Assembly: GCA_030698695.1 (NCBI GenBank)
Contig: JAUYMR010000012.1
Location: 1 to 53,595 of the forward strand
Source of the DNA: a bacterium
GTDB lineage: Bacteria > Patescibacteriota > Minisyncoccia > UBA6257 > WO2-44-18
Length of the DNA stretch: 53,595 nt
Direction: 5' to 3'
In this document: positions 28,469-37,723 of the stretch, piece after piece
Position numbering within the stretch: the stretch's first letter is position 1
Layout: each line of letters starts with the position of its first letter
The notes under the pieces: generated by a model
What the model was told of the DNA's origin: nothing
Database searches by the model: none
Seen by the model: the letters and a program-made list of their open reading frames with translations, nothing else
Made by a program: the position numbers and the translations under genes

Positions 28469-30207
28469 CCAATCAGGAAATAGCTGGCATACTTTATGAG
28501 ATCGGCGCATATTTGGATATGGCCGATGTGTCATTCAAGCCGCGTGCCTATGAAAAGGCCGCTGAGATCATATCTTCACTACCCGACTCATTGAGCGATG
28601 TTTATAAAAAAGAGGGAACTTCGGGGATTAAAAAAATTCCTAGTGTCGGAGCGTCCATTGCTGAGACGATAGAAGAATTGATTAAAACTGGTAAATCCAA
28701 ATACCATAAAGAGCTTAAGCAAAAAACCCCAGTGGATTTATCCAATCTTACCAGAGTAGAGGGATTGGGCCCTCGTAAAATTAAGATGCTATATCATAAA
28801 CTGGGGATAAAAAATCTTAAAGATTTAGAATTTGCCGCCAAAAAAGGCAAAATAGGCAAGTTGGCTGGATTTGGCGCCAAGAGTGAGACTAACATACTCA
28901 AGGGCCTAGAGTTTCTCAAAAAATCCGGTGGTAGATTCTTATTGAGCGAAGTATTGCCGTTAGCTAGAGAGATAGAGCGTCGCCTTAATAATATTGCTGG
29001 TGTTAAAAAAGTCCAGATTGCCGGCTCAGTCAGGCGCGGGAAGGAAACTATAGGGGATATAGATATTTTAATTATTTCTAATGATGCCGATAAAGTTATG
29101 GAATATTTTGTTAAGATGCCGGAAGTAGGGCGAGTTTTGGCTCGGGGCGATACTAAGTCATCGGTAACTTTAAAAAAGGGCCTAGATGTTGATGTGCGTG
29201 TTTTGTCTGAAAAATCCTATGGATCGGCATTGGCGTATTTTACCGGTTCCAAAGATCACAACGTCGCCATGCGTCAGTTAGCTATAAAAATGGGATACAA
29301 ACTTAGTGAATATGGCTTGTTCAAAGGCCAAAAACAAGTTGCCGGCAAAAACGAAGAAGAGATTTATAAAATTCTTGGCTTAGATTATGTGGAGCCGGAA
29401 CTAAGAGAAATGACCGGAGAGATAGAGGTCGCGCGCAAGCATCAATTGCCTGAACTTATAAAATATGGAGATCTTAGAGGCGACTTGCAGATTCAGACCA
29501 ATTGGAGTGACGGTAAAAATTCTATTGAAGAAATGGCGCTAGCTGCTATGAAAATCGGTCTGGAATACATCGTTATCACGGATCACACTAAAAGATTGGC
29601 TATGACTAATGGGTTAGACGCGAGGAGAATTGTTCAGCAGGGCAAGGAAATTGATCGGGTCAACCAGAAGCTCAAAATTCAAAACTCAAAGCTAGTTATA
29701 TTGAAAGGTAGCGAATGTGACATTCTTAAGGATGGATCTATGGATTTGCCGGACGAAGTATTAAAGGATTTGGATGTAGTGGGGGCTTCGGTACACTCAT
29801 ATTTTAATTTATCCGAAGAAGAACAAACTAATCGCATACAAAAAGCCATGCGCAATCCTCACGTTGATATATTATTTCATCCAACTGGTAGATTAATAAA
29901 CCGTCGCGAGGCCTATGCCGTAGATGTGGACGCCATTATTAGAACCGCTAAAGAAGCCAAAACCATTATGGAGATTGACGCTTTTCCCGATAGACTAGAT
30001 ATTAAAGATGAATATATCAAGCGGTGCGTTGATGGAGGGGTGAAGATGTCTATTGATTCTGACGCTCACGACATCAGCCATTTGTCCGTATTGGAATTTG
30101 GGATTATGCAAGCAAGACGTGGTTGGGCTGGGCGTGGCGACATCATTAACGCGCATCCGCTCAGAGAGATGTTGAGATATCTCAAAGGACGTGGTGGCGA
30201 CAAATAA
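28465..30207 (+). CDS. polX: DNA polymerase X / PHP exonuclease
   Basis: AGSVRRGKETIGDIDIL, FTGSKDHN, PHP domain TDH, HPTGR, DSDAH. Confidence 0.95.
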   Translation: MTNQEIAGILYEIGAYLDMADVSFKPRAYEKAAEIISSLPDSLSDVYKKEGTSGIKKIPSVGASIAETIEELIKTGKSKYHKELKQKTPVDLSNLTRVEGLGPRKIKMLYHKLGIKNLKDLEFAAKKGKIGKLAGFGAKSETNILKGLEFLKKSGGRFLLSEVLPLAREIERRLNNIAGVKKVQIAGSVRRGKETIGDIDILIISNDADKVMEYFVKMPEVGRVLARGDTKSSVTLKKGLDVDVRVLSEKSYGSALAYFTGSKDHNVAMRQLAIKMGYKLSEYGLFKGQKQVAGKNEEEIYKILGLDYVEPELREMTGEIEVARKHQLPELIKYGDLRGDLQIQTNWSDGKNSIEEMALAAMKIGLEYIVITDHTKRLAMTNGLDARRIVQQGKEIDRVNQKLKIQNSKLVILKGSECDILKDGSMDLPDEVLKDLDVVGASVHSYFNLSEEEQTNRIQKAMRNPHVDILFHPTGRLINRREAYAVDVDAIIRTAKEAKTIMEIDAFPDRLDIKDEYIKRCVDGGVKMSIDSDAHDISHLSVLEFGIMQARRGWAGRGDIINAHPLREMLRYLKGRGGDK

Positions 30208-30328
30208 TTTCCAATAAGTGTTATAATAAATATATCGGGTCAATGCCTCTTGTGGCCGCCCACTAATTAAATCAATGTTTAGCGATACTTAAGTTAAGAG
30301 GCTAAACTTAGTTTCTATTTTCTGATAT

Positions 30329-30823
30329 ATGAAAAAGATAATTTCAGCCGGCATCATAATTTTTAGAAGAACACCTAAGGGTATTAAGTTTTTATTGTTA
30401 TATCACGGACATAATTATTGGAACTTTCCTAAGGGCAAAATGGAAGCAGGTGAGCGTAGTTGGCAAAGCGCGCTCAGGGAAGTATTGGAAGAAACGGGCC
30501 TTAAAGACACAGAGCTAAGGTTCGTTAAGAATTTTAAAGCTTTTGAGAGGTTTACGATGGGCGGAAAGGATAAGGTTTTTAAAATAGTCATACTTTATTT
30601 AGCTGAGACTAAACAGCCGAATATAATTGTTTCGCACGAACATGAAGGTTACGGCTGGTTTACCTTTAGCGAGTCAAAAAGAATATTGTCGCGTTATCAT
30701 GAAAACATTAAAATTTTAACTACGGCCTATGACTTTCTTCGCAAGGGATCTCGCGGTAATCAGAAAAACAATGTGAAGTCGGACTCTGTCATAAAAGTCA
30801 GTCAAGTTGACAAGAAATCTTGA
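30329..30823 (+). CDS. NUDIX hydrolase (Ap4A hydrolase-like)
   Basis: ISAGIIIFR, WNFPKG, REVLEETGL, SHEHEGYGW. Confidence 0.9.
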   Translation: MKKIISAGIIIFRRTPKGIKFLLLYHGHNYWNFPKGKMEAGERSWQSALREVLEETGLKDTELRFVKNFKAFERFTMGGKDKVFKIVILYLAETKQPNIIVSHEHEGYGWFTFSESKRILSRYHENIKILTTAYDFLRKGSRGNQKNNVKSDSVIKVSQVDKKS

Positions 30824-30860
30824 ATTCTATTGCCTGGACAATTTTAACTAAGAATTTCAA

Positions 30861-30895
30861 TCTAAAAACCCATCTTTAACAGATGGGTTTTTAGA
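30861..30895. terminator. bidirectional terminator between convergent genes
   Basis: TCTAAAAACCCATCT...AGATGGGTTTTTAGA. Confidence 0.85.
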
Positions 30896-30901
30896 TATTT
30901 G

Positions 30902-31246
30902 CTATTTAACTTTTTCCAATATTTTAGCGAATACTTTTGGTTCGTTTTGGGCTAGATCTGCCAATATTTTTCGGTCCAACTTTATATTGTTTTTCTTAAG
31001 ACCTGATATGAGTTGGCTATATTTAGTGCCATTGACTCGGCTGGCTGCGTTGATTTTGACATTCCAAAGTTGACGATAGTCGCGCTTCTTTTCTTTGCGT
31101 CCCCGGAAAGCATTGGTCCAGGCGTGTAATAGGGCTTCTTTGGCGGCGCGTTCTTTAGACTTTCGCCCCCAACGAAATCCTTTGGTGTATTTTAGAACAT
31201 TCTTGCGTCTTTTATTGGCGATAGTGCCGCGTTTTACTCTAGTCAT
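30902..31246 (-). CDS. rplT: 50S ribosomal protein L20
   Basis: MTRVKRG, RQLWNVKINAA, LDRKILADLA. Confidence 0.98.
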   Translation of the reverse strand: MTRVKRGTIANKRRKNVLKYTKGFRWGRKSKERAAKEALLHAWTNAFRGRKEKKRDYRQLWNVKINAASRVNGTKYSQLISGLKKNNIKLDRKILADLAQNEPKVFAKILEKVK

Positions 31247-31248
31247 AG

Positions 31249-31422
31249 TTACAGATATTTTTTAAATGTTTTTAAATCGGCTGGATGAACTTGGCGCGAC
31301 TTTCTTTTATTTCTGGTTTGTTTGCCATTTTTTTTAGCTTTAAAATGACCCACGCCCATTGGTCGGCGGATTAATTTGCCATTTTTGGTGACTTTTATTC
31401 TATGTGATACGGCTTTTTTCAT
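31249..31422 (-). CDS. rpmI: 50S ribosomal protein L35 (57 aa, not in ORF track)
   Basis: MKKAVSHRIKVTKNGKLIRRPMGVGHFKAKK...; lies between infC and rplT. Confidence 0.93.
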   Translation of the reverse strand: MKKAVSHRIKVTKNGKLIRRPMGVGHFKAKKNGKQTRNKRKSRQVHPADLKTFKKYL

Positions 31423-31430
31423 TTTAATAA

Positions 31431-31931
31431 CTAAATTTTGCTTATTTGGGCTATTAGTCCTCGCATACCGAATTTGGGTTCGGTGGTCATTTTGTGTTCT
31501 GGTAACATTTTAAGAAATTCTTCCATTTTTCGCTTGGCCCAGTCTCTATTGTACTTCTCTCGCCCCCGCAAAACTAGAAAGATTTCCACTCTGTGGCCAT
31601 CATCAAAAAATTCCTTAATTCTTTCAGATTTTCGCTCCATATCGTGGGAGGCCTCCCTAATGCTGATTTGAATTTGTTTTAGGTCGGTTTTCTTTTGTTG
31701 CGATTTTTGTTGCTTATCTTTCTTCTCTTGCTGATATCTAAACTTATCAAAACTGATTATTTTTGCAACTGGTGGTTTGGCTAGGGGAGATACCCCTACT
31801 AGATCCAGGCCTTTTTCTTTAGCTAAAGCTAAAGCCGCCTCTTTGGTCATGACTCCTAGATTTTCACCGCTTTCATCTAAAACACGCAACTCAGGAGCGC
31901 TTATTTGATTGTTGATTTTTATATTCTGAAT
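31431..31931 (-). CDS. infC: translation initiation factor IF-3 (probable ATT start)
   Basis: INNQISAPELRVLDE, LDLV, PPVAKII, LRGRE; no ATG available, ATT at 31931. Confidence 0.95.
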   Translation of the reverse strand: MQNIKINNQISAPELRVLDESGENLGVMTKEAALALAKEKGLDLVGVSPLAKPPVAKIISFDKFRYQQEKKDKQQKSQQKKTDLKQIQISIREASHDMERKSERIKEFFDDGHRVEIFLVLRGREKYNRDWAKRKMEEFLKMLPEHKMTTEPKFGMRGLIAQISKI

Positions 31932-31938
31932 AAATAAA

Positions 31939-31967
31939 AGTATAACAGGTTTGCGTCGGCGAATCAA
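31939..31967 (-). promoter_or_regulatory. sigma70-type promoter of infC-rpmI-rplT
   Basis: TTGATT-17 nt-TATACT with extended TG. Confidence 0.7.
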
Positions 31968-32118
31968 GTAATGGCGCTATTAATCTAAGTGCTCGTCTTT
32001 TTCAAAAATTCTTGCCAAAATAGATTCAAGCGGAGAGGATTCATCGGGGCAAAATTAATGGGCGGCACAAAGTGTCGCCCACAATCTAGTTCCCAAAAAG
32101 TTGAAAAGTTTTGAATTG

Positions 32119-32426
32119 TGGAAACGGTGGGAGTTGAACCCACATCCAAAATAGTTTTAAAGCACCATCTACAAGCTTAGATCTGAATCAACAGAACGAA
32201 CGATCTTGAAATTTAATCGCGGATACAAGATCAACTTTCCGAGACGATTCTCAAATATGACACCGGTGATGTATCTATGAGACCTTGATACGCCGATGGC
32301 TTATGCAATATTAAGCGTAAGCGAATGCCAATTTTTGATTAGCAGTTCTTGTTTTGCCCAGAGTACGAGTTAGGCGCTCGGCCTGCGACACTTTAAAATT
32401 TTATTTTGTCAAAGCCCGTCGTTCCC
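32119..32426 (-). ncRNA. ssrA: tmRNA; tag (A)ANQKLAFAYA
   Basis: Acceptor GGGAACG/CGTTTCC-A with G3.U70, T-arm GTGGG-TTCAACT-CCCAC, tag ORF GCT AAT CAA AAA TTG GCA TTC GCT TAC GCT TAA; directly downstream of smpB; CCA not encoded. Confidence 0.95.
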
Positions 32427-32429
32427 GTG

Positions 32430-32873
32430 TTAATTTTTAAACGATCTACCAATTTCACGTTCAATATCTCGTTTCTGAATTACCTCTCTCTTGTCAGACT
32501 TTTTTTTGTTTCTGGCAAGCCCTAGAGCAATCTTTATGAGTCGCCCCTTATTGTACATCTTTAATGGCACCAATGTCAAGCGTTTGGCTTTGAGTTTGCT
32601 TATAAGTGAATTAATTTCTGAACGTTTGAGCAATAACTTGCGCGATCTTTTGGAGTCGTAACCGGTCGGGGTATTGTTGGGTTGATAGGGTGAGATATCG
32701 GCGTTAGTTAGCCATAACTGATTATCTTTAATAGTCGCGAAACTGCCGGCTAGATTTACTCGGCCGGACTTTATTGCTTTAACCTCAAAACCGAGAAGCT
32801 CTATGCCGGCTTCAACGGTATCTATAATAAAATAGTTAAAATAGGCTTTCTGATTTTTAGAAAAATCACTCAT
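32430..32873 (-). CDS. smpB: SsrA-binding protein SmpB
   Basis: EAGIELLGFEVKAI, RSRKLLL, LTLVPLKMY, DKRE. Confidence 0.97.
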   Translation of the reverse strand: MSDFSKNQKAYFNYFIIDTVEAGIELLGFEVKAIKSGRVNLAGSFATIKDNQLWLTNADISPYQPNNTPTGYDSKRSRKLLLKRSEINSLISKLKAKRLTLVPLKMYNKGRLIKIALGLARNKKKSDKREVIQKRDIEREIGRSFKN

Positions 32874-32919
32874 TCTATTATTATACAACATCTGGGGGAT
32901 GTGGTATTTTTAATTTGTT

Positions 32920-33189
32920 ATGGACGAACTCGCCACTAAAAAACAATTGACTGGAATAATGTGTTTAAAGCTTGTTTTGTGGTTTATGCTTTACGTAGTC
33001 GGACTTTTCGTTGTAGCGAAATTTTTGATAATTTTTTTACTTTTGGTTCTAATCAAAGCTATCTCACTCTCAGTTGAAACATCAGCTATTATTGCAACGA
33101 TATTTCTATATGTTTGGACGTTCGGGTTGTCTATTTTGGCGATTAAACAAAAATATCTAGAATACACTGGTCAGGCGGATAAAAAATAG
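32920..33189 (+). CDS. small membrane protein, unknown function
   Basis: 89 aa with hydrophobic helices. Confidence 0.5.
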   Translation: MDELATKKQLTGIMCLKLVLWFMLYVVGLFVVAKFLIIFLLLVLIKAISLSVETSAIIATIFLYVWTFGLSILAIKQKYLEYTGQADKK

Positions 33190-33258
33190 CAGTTTATCTG
33201 CTGTTGTATCTAGGGGAGTAGTATTGAAGTTGGTTATGTTTGTAAATTTGAAATAAAA

Positions 33259-33297
33259 ATCCCCATCTTGCGTGTTTACGTTCGCGAGATGGGGAAT
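33259..33297 (-). terminator. terminator downstream of the P-loop gene
   Basis: TCCCCATCTTGCG...CGCGAGATGGGGA stem with adjacent A/T run. Confidence 0.7.
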
Positions 33298-33348
33298 GGA
33301 TTAAGGAGATATGCGTCAGAAAAACATAGGGTTTTTTGTTCAATCTTC

Positions 33349-34026
33349 TTATAAAGGGGGCAGAGTTATTTTAGGAAAGCGTTTTTTCAAAATTGGCTTT
33401 ATCCTTTTTAGGATATGCGCCAGTTGGGCGCTTTCTCTTTTCTGCACGTCGTTAAATTCCGGTAGCACCTCAAATTTAAATGGTCGCTGGAGTTTTTTTG
33501 TTCGTCGTTTCAGCCATCGGAAAAGTCGGAGAATTTCTCCTTCTGCTTCTGATTGAAACTTGACGGCGGACTCCGTCAGGCGAGGATCAACCGCCCTCGT
33601 TCCATTAGATATTAGGAAATCTTTTCTTCCTTTTGGAATAAAGACAAAATCAAATGGTTGCACCGTTAATTGAGATAGGGCCGCATTTACATGGGGTTTG
33701 CCACCGTTTCCAAAGCGTAGACGCGCGTAAGCCGCGTTGTCCACCCACCGATCGGTGATAATGACATGATATATCCCCGGCTGTTCCAAGTGGAGCAATG
33801 ATTCGAAAAGCTTGTGCAGAATCCACATCTGCGCTTTCGGCGTTGTCTCCTGATTGATAGGAAATCCGTATGCCGGCGCGTTAGTGGCTGTTTCGTCAAT
33901 GGCGGCCACGTTGAAACCGGCTTTTCGTAAAGTCTGCGCTAGCAGTGTCATTAAGATTGTTTTACCGCTACCATGAGTTCCACAAATGGCGATGAGCGCC
34001 GTGTGGAAGCCGCTTTTTCTTTTCAT
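33349..34026 (-). CDS. P-loop NTPase (AAA_28 / nucleotide kinase-like)
   Basis: IAICGTHGSGKT, IITDRWVDNAAY, NGTRAVD. Confidence 0.8.
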   Translation of the reverse strand: MKRKSGFHTALIAICGTHGSGKTILMTLLAQTLRKAGFNVAAIDETATNAPAYGFPINQETTPKAQMWILHKLFESLLHLEQPGIYHVIITDRWVDNAAYARLRFGNGGKPHVNAALSQLTVQPFDFVFIPKGRKDFLISNGTRAVDPRLTESAVKFQSEAEGEILRLFRWLKRRTKKLQRPFKFEVLPEFNDVQKRESAQLAHILKRIKPILKKRFPKITLPPL

Positions 34027-34125
34027 TATCTGCCTCTTTCTTTTCTGGAATTGGAATTATTGGAAGTCATTTTATTTTTCAAGATGCATTTAAAAGATAC
34101 CACTTAAGATAATGGACATCAAGAA

Positions 34126-34147
34126 TAAGGCCTTGCGATGGCCTTAG
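34126..34147 (+). repeat. dispersed copy of the RAYT-associated REP palindrome
   Basis: TAAGGCCTTGCGATGGCCTTAG about 19 kb from the RAYT. Confidence 0.85.
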
Positions 34148-34221
34148 ATTTTCAAAATCACAATAATGGCTGTAATAAAAAACCACCCGTTTATCAACGG
34201 GTGGTTAGATTATTCTATATT

Positions 34222-34539
34222 TCAATGCCAAATACCCAGATCTTTCCAATGAGTGCTATATCGGAAAATGAAAGCGCTGATAGACAAGGCCATCAAGCCT
34301 ATCACTATTGGCGCTACATATGGATATGCTCCACATGCCATCCCACAGAGAATTCCGATGGCGGCTGCTTGCGAACAAGTCGGCCATATATTGGGTTGGC
34401 TGAAAAAACTTGGAGAAAAATAAGATAGAATGGCCATAGCTCCCATTAAAACGGCCAAAGAAATGCTTTGTCGAGCGGCAACGCCGACTAATGACACAAT
34501 CGTAGCGGCGTAGGTGCCAGTTACCCATAAACGCATCAT
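34222..34539 (-). CDS. small membrane protein, unknown function
   Basis: AAGGA SD before ATG 34539; hydrophobic; terminator AACCACCCGTT..AACGGGTGGTT at about 34180-34206. Confidence 0.6.
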   Translation of the reverse strand: MMRLWVTGTYAATIVSLVGVAARQSISLAVLMGAMAILSYFSPSFFSQPNIWPTCSQAAAIGILCGMACGAYPYVAPIVIGLMALSISAFIFRYSTHWKDLGIWH

Positions 34540-34652
34540 TGTTGATCCTTTCTTGGATGAGATAAAATATATCAACTTGCTGCCATCAGCATAGTCGATT
34601 TATTATTTTCAGTCAATTCGGCGCTGGATGCTTAACGCTTGATACGCGACAC

Positions 34653-35219
34653 TTAGAATAACGATTGAGGCATTAGCGGTTCATCAAAATGAATATGCGC
34701 TTTCTGCATTTCACCGGTGGTGCGATGGGGGACTAAAAGATGTCCCTGTTTCTTGGTCAGTTCGTATAAATCCTTAGTTATTTTTACATCGTTGAGGCAA
34801 TAATCCCGCAGTTCATCAAATTTACCCTCCTTATATAATCTGATCGCCTCCAAACCACTGGAATGAGTTTTGCCGGTATTGAGATTAGTTTTGGCTAAAA
34901 TATCTAAGCTTATTCTTTGCCCTAACAGTATTTCTATTTCGTCCAGCAGATCAATTCTAGACAGATTAAACAAATTAATGCCGCAATGTTCGTTCAGTAC
35001 TGGAATGTCAAAACGGTTAATACTAAAGCCGATAATTAACCCCGTTTTTTTGAGAAGGTCATTTAATTCTTTAACTTGATACTCATTGAAGGAGAGGTAT
35101 TTATTTTGTTCATAAGAAAAAACGCCGACTAAGGATACTTTTAAATCCTTGATATTTTGCTGTCCACCGACATCAGCAAACGAGTTTTTGGTTTCTATGT
35201 CTATTACTAATTTGTCCAT
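34653..35219 (-). CDS. RNase H-like (YprB/RNase_H_2) 3'-5' exonuclease
   Basis: LVIDIET, GFSINRFDIPVL, SLDILA, YCLNDV. Confidence 0.88.
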   Translation of the reverse strand: MDKLVIDIETKNSFADVGGQQNIKDLKVSLVGVFSYEQNKYLSFNEYQVKELNDLLKKTGLIIGFSINRFDIPVLNEHCGINLFNLSRIDLLDEIEILLGQRISLDILAKTNLNTGKTHSSGLEAIRLYKEGKFDELRDYCLNDVKITKDLYELTKKQGHLLVPHRTTGEMQKAHIHFDEPLMPQSLF

Positions 35220-35282
35220 GGTTTGGTTAATTTGTTTTTTGTTTCGGCTAACTAACTAATTTACCAAGTAACTAAGCAACTA

Positions 35283-35825
35283 TTAAACGTGTCTATCCGC
35301 CACCTTTGAGGCCGCGTAACTGTCGGGCTTAGTTTTCACTCCAAAATTATTAGCTCTAACCATGCCGACCAATTCTTGGATGATGGCTTTGGTGGCTCCA
35401 TTTTCGCCGACATCTATATGTATTTCAAAATCAACGCGATCAGAAAGCTTAGAAACAGGATGCTCTTCCATATCAATTCCGGCGCTCAAAACCAACTCAT
35501 CGTGGCTTATTTTTTGCAAAGATTCAATAAACTGCTTGGCTATATCTAAGGACATTAACGCTTCTTGCCAAATGCGGTTTCTGAGAGTGTGAAATTTTTT
35601 ATCGTTAGCAATTCGTCGCCAAAAATACCGCCCGCCATTGCCGACGCGATAAATGACAATAGCCGTCACGAAATCAGCCGTTTTGTCGGCGGCCGCCTGT
35701 GAATCAGTGCCAATGATTATTTTGTAGTTACAATTTTCATCGGCGTTTATAAAATCAATGGCCTCTTGCGCCACTTGATCGGCATTCAGCTTTATCCCGA
35801 CAGAGTTATTAAATAGATAATCCAT
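35283..35825 (-). CDS. YkuK/DUF458 RNase H-like protein
   Basis: IIIGTDSQ, FVTAIVIYRVGNGG, EIHIDVG, KPDSYAASKVADRH. Confidence 0.9.
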   Translation of the reverse strand: MDYLFNNSVGIKLNADQVAQEAIDFINADENCNYKIIIGTDSQAAADKTADFVTAIVIYRVGNGGRYFWRRIANDKKFHTLRNRIWQEALMSLDIAKQFIESLQKISHDELVLSAGIDMEEHPVSKLSDRVDFEIHIDVGENGATKAIIQELVGMVRANNFGVKTKPDSYAASKVADRHV

Positions 35826-35876
35826 ATATATGTAGTTGAGGATACGCCGTTTCTTCATTTTTGTCAAAACAAGCTC

Positions 35877-35905
35877 TTGACCAGATAGAAATAATCTGCT
35901 ACAAT
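35877..35905 (+). promoter_or_regulatory. sigma70 promoter of an ORF-less transcription unit
   Basis: TTGACC-17 nt-TACAAT with extended TG. Confidence 0.7.
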
Positions 35906-35933
35906 ACGCATCGTACTTTGTTAATTGAATTTC

Positions 35934-35966
35934 CCCGCGTCAGCGATTGCTGATGCGGGATTTTTT
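35934..35966 (+). terminator. intrinsic terminator
   Basis: CCCGCGTCAGC-GATT-GCTGATGCGGG plus T6. Confidence 0.8.
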
Positions 35967-36072
35967 ATTCACTCGTCAGTTGACGAGTGAATAATCCTGA
36001 GCGTAGTTGGGGGCCTCATATGAAAATATTACATTATTGCTGATACTATGTTTTTTCGGTAAAATATAACCA

Positions 36073-37278
36073 ATGAAGAGAATCTACCTAGATTATGCCG
36101 CTTCTACGCCAGTTGACCCAGTGGTTAAAAAAGCCATGGATCCTTATTTTTCAAAAATGTACGGCAATGCCGGTTCTTTACATTCTTTTGGACAAGAAGC
36201 ATCGGCAGCTGTTTTTAGGGCTCGCGAAGTCATTGCGCAAGCTATCGGAGCTAATTATCGGGACATTATTTTTACCGGTTCGGCCACGGAAGCTAATAAT
36301 TTGGCTTTGCGCGGAGCTGTTAAAAGCGTCAAGTATCAAATGTCGGGTATCAAGCCAAGAATTATTATTTCTTCCATTGAACACGAGTCTGTTTTGGAAA
36401 CGTGTCATGATTTAGAGAAAGAAGGAGTAGAAATAATTTATTTACCAGTTTCCAAAGATGGGATAGTTGATTTAGTCGCGCTCAAAAAGGCGCTCAATGA
36501 CCGCACTATTTTAGTTTCTATAATGTATGCCAACAATGAAATCGGCACCATCCAACCAATATCTAAAATTGCCGAAATTGTCAGCGATTTTCGTAAACCC
36601 GAAGTTAAAAACCAACCAACTAACCAATTAACCAACTGCCCCTTACTTCACACCGATGCTGTCCAAGCTTTCCAATATCTTGATTGCAATGTTCAAAAAT
36701 TGGGAGTGGATCTAATGACTTTATCAGCGCATAAAATCTATGGCCCCAAAGGTATTGGCTGTCTTTACGCGCCATATCGCAATAATCATTATCCATTGTC
36801 GCCAATCGTCACTGGTGGTGGACAGCAAAACGGTATTCATTCGGGGACAGAGAATGTTCCTTATATCGTCGGTTTCGCTAAGGCCATTGAGTTGGTAGTT
36901 AAAAATCGGGAAAAAGAGGCTAAGCGCGTAAAGTCTTTGCGTGATTATTTTTGGCAGAGATTAAAAAAGATTGCGTCGGGGATTACGCTTAATGGGTCTT
37001 CAGAAAAAAGATTGCCGAACAACCTTAATATTTATTTTGCCAAGCAATCAGCGCAGGATTTGCTGATTAAACTGGATATGGTCGGCGTGGCGGTATCGCC
37101 CGGCTCGGCTTGTCGCGCGCAGGTAGCTAGTTCCTCTTATGTGCTGGAGGCCATGGGTTTACCGACGAATCTTTGTTCTAATAGTTTACGGTTTACTTTG
37201 GGCAGACCGACGATTAAAGTTGAAATAGATACAACTATTGACAAATTAAAGAAAATCTGCTATCCTCAAAACAGATAA
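36073..37278 (+). CDS. iscS: cysteine desulfurase (IscS/NifS family)
   Basis: YLDYAASTP, FTGSATEANN, HTDAVQ, SAHKIYGPKG, GSAC. Confidence 0.93.
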   Translation: MKRIYLDYAASTPVDPVVKKAMDPYFSKMYGNAGSLHSFGQEASAAVFRAREVIAQAIGANYRDIIFTGSATEANNLALRGAVKSVKYQMSGIKPRIIISSIEHESVLETCHDLEKEGVEIIYLPVSKDGIVDLVALKKALNDRTILVSIMYANNEIGTIQPISKIAEIVSDFRKPEVKNQPTNQLTNCPLLHTDAVQAFQYLDCNVQKLGVDLMTLSAHKIYGPKGIGCLYAPYRNNHYPLSPIVTGGGQQNGIHSGTENVPYIVGFAKAIELVVKNREKEAKRVKSLRDYFWQRLKKIASGITLNGSSEKRLPNNLNIYFAKQSAQDLLIKLDMVGVAVSPGSACRAQVASSSYVLEAMGLPTNLCSNSLRFTLGRPTIKVEIDTTIDKLKKICYPQNR

Positions 37279-37345
37279 GCGATGCTTCGGCACGGGGCCG
37301 AAAGACAGGCTTGGAATAGTTGCTTGAAAAAAGAGGGAAGAAACC

Positions 37346-37561
37346 ATGAGAGTAAAGAGCGCGTCCGATCCGACCAATGGCCCCGTCAAGGACCCCGCCC
37401 GCGGAAGGAAGAAGTTGGGCGATTTCTGCCGTTGTAATTTGAGGAGAGATGTATTTACTCCTGTGGACGGAGACGTCGACTTTTATGCCCCTTATGAGGG
37501 GCATAGTCTGCGCTCGCTCTTCTGTGAGCCCAGTCTTTTGGAGTCGGACTCCTTGGATTAA
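37346..37561 (+). CDS. small hypothetical protein (71 aa)
   Basis: Purine-rich SD-like GAGGGA before ATG; terminator GTCCCCCGTTCC..GGAACGGGGGAC-T6 at about 37601-37638. Confidence 0.5.
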   Translation: MRVKSASDPTNGPVKDPARGRKKLGDFCRCNLRRDVFTPVDGDVDFYAPYEGHSLRSLFCEPSLLESDSLD

Positions 37562-37723
37562 GGCGATCTTTCGCCCGGGCTTTTGGATGACGAGTTTCGG
37601 GTCCCCCGTTCCATATTTTCGGAACGGGGGACTTTTTTATTTGATTTTGCCGATTCTAAAAATCGGCAAAATCATTCTGAGGGAAGCGAAGAATAACAAT
37701 ATGTCAGGAAAATCAGTCTGCTA

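Noticed and set aside
30236..30307. HDV-like ribozyme or known riboswitch class
   Set aside because: P1/P2/P4 and J4/2 elements could not be assigned; kept only as an unclassified candidate leader.
14869..34147. CRISPR array from the 22-nt repeats
   Set aside because: Irregular spacing, mixed orientation and no cas genes; they fit REP elements.
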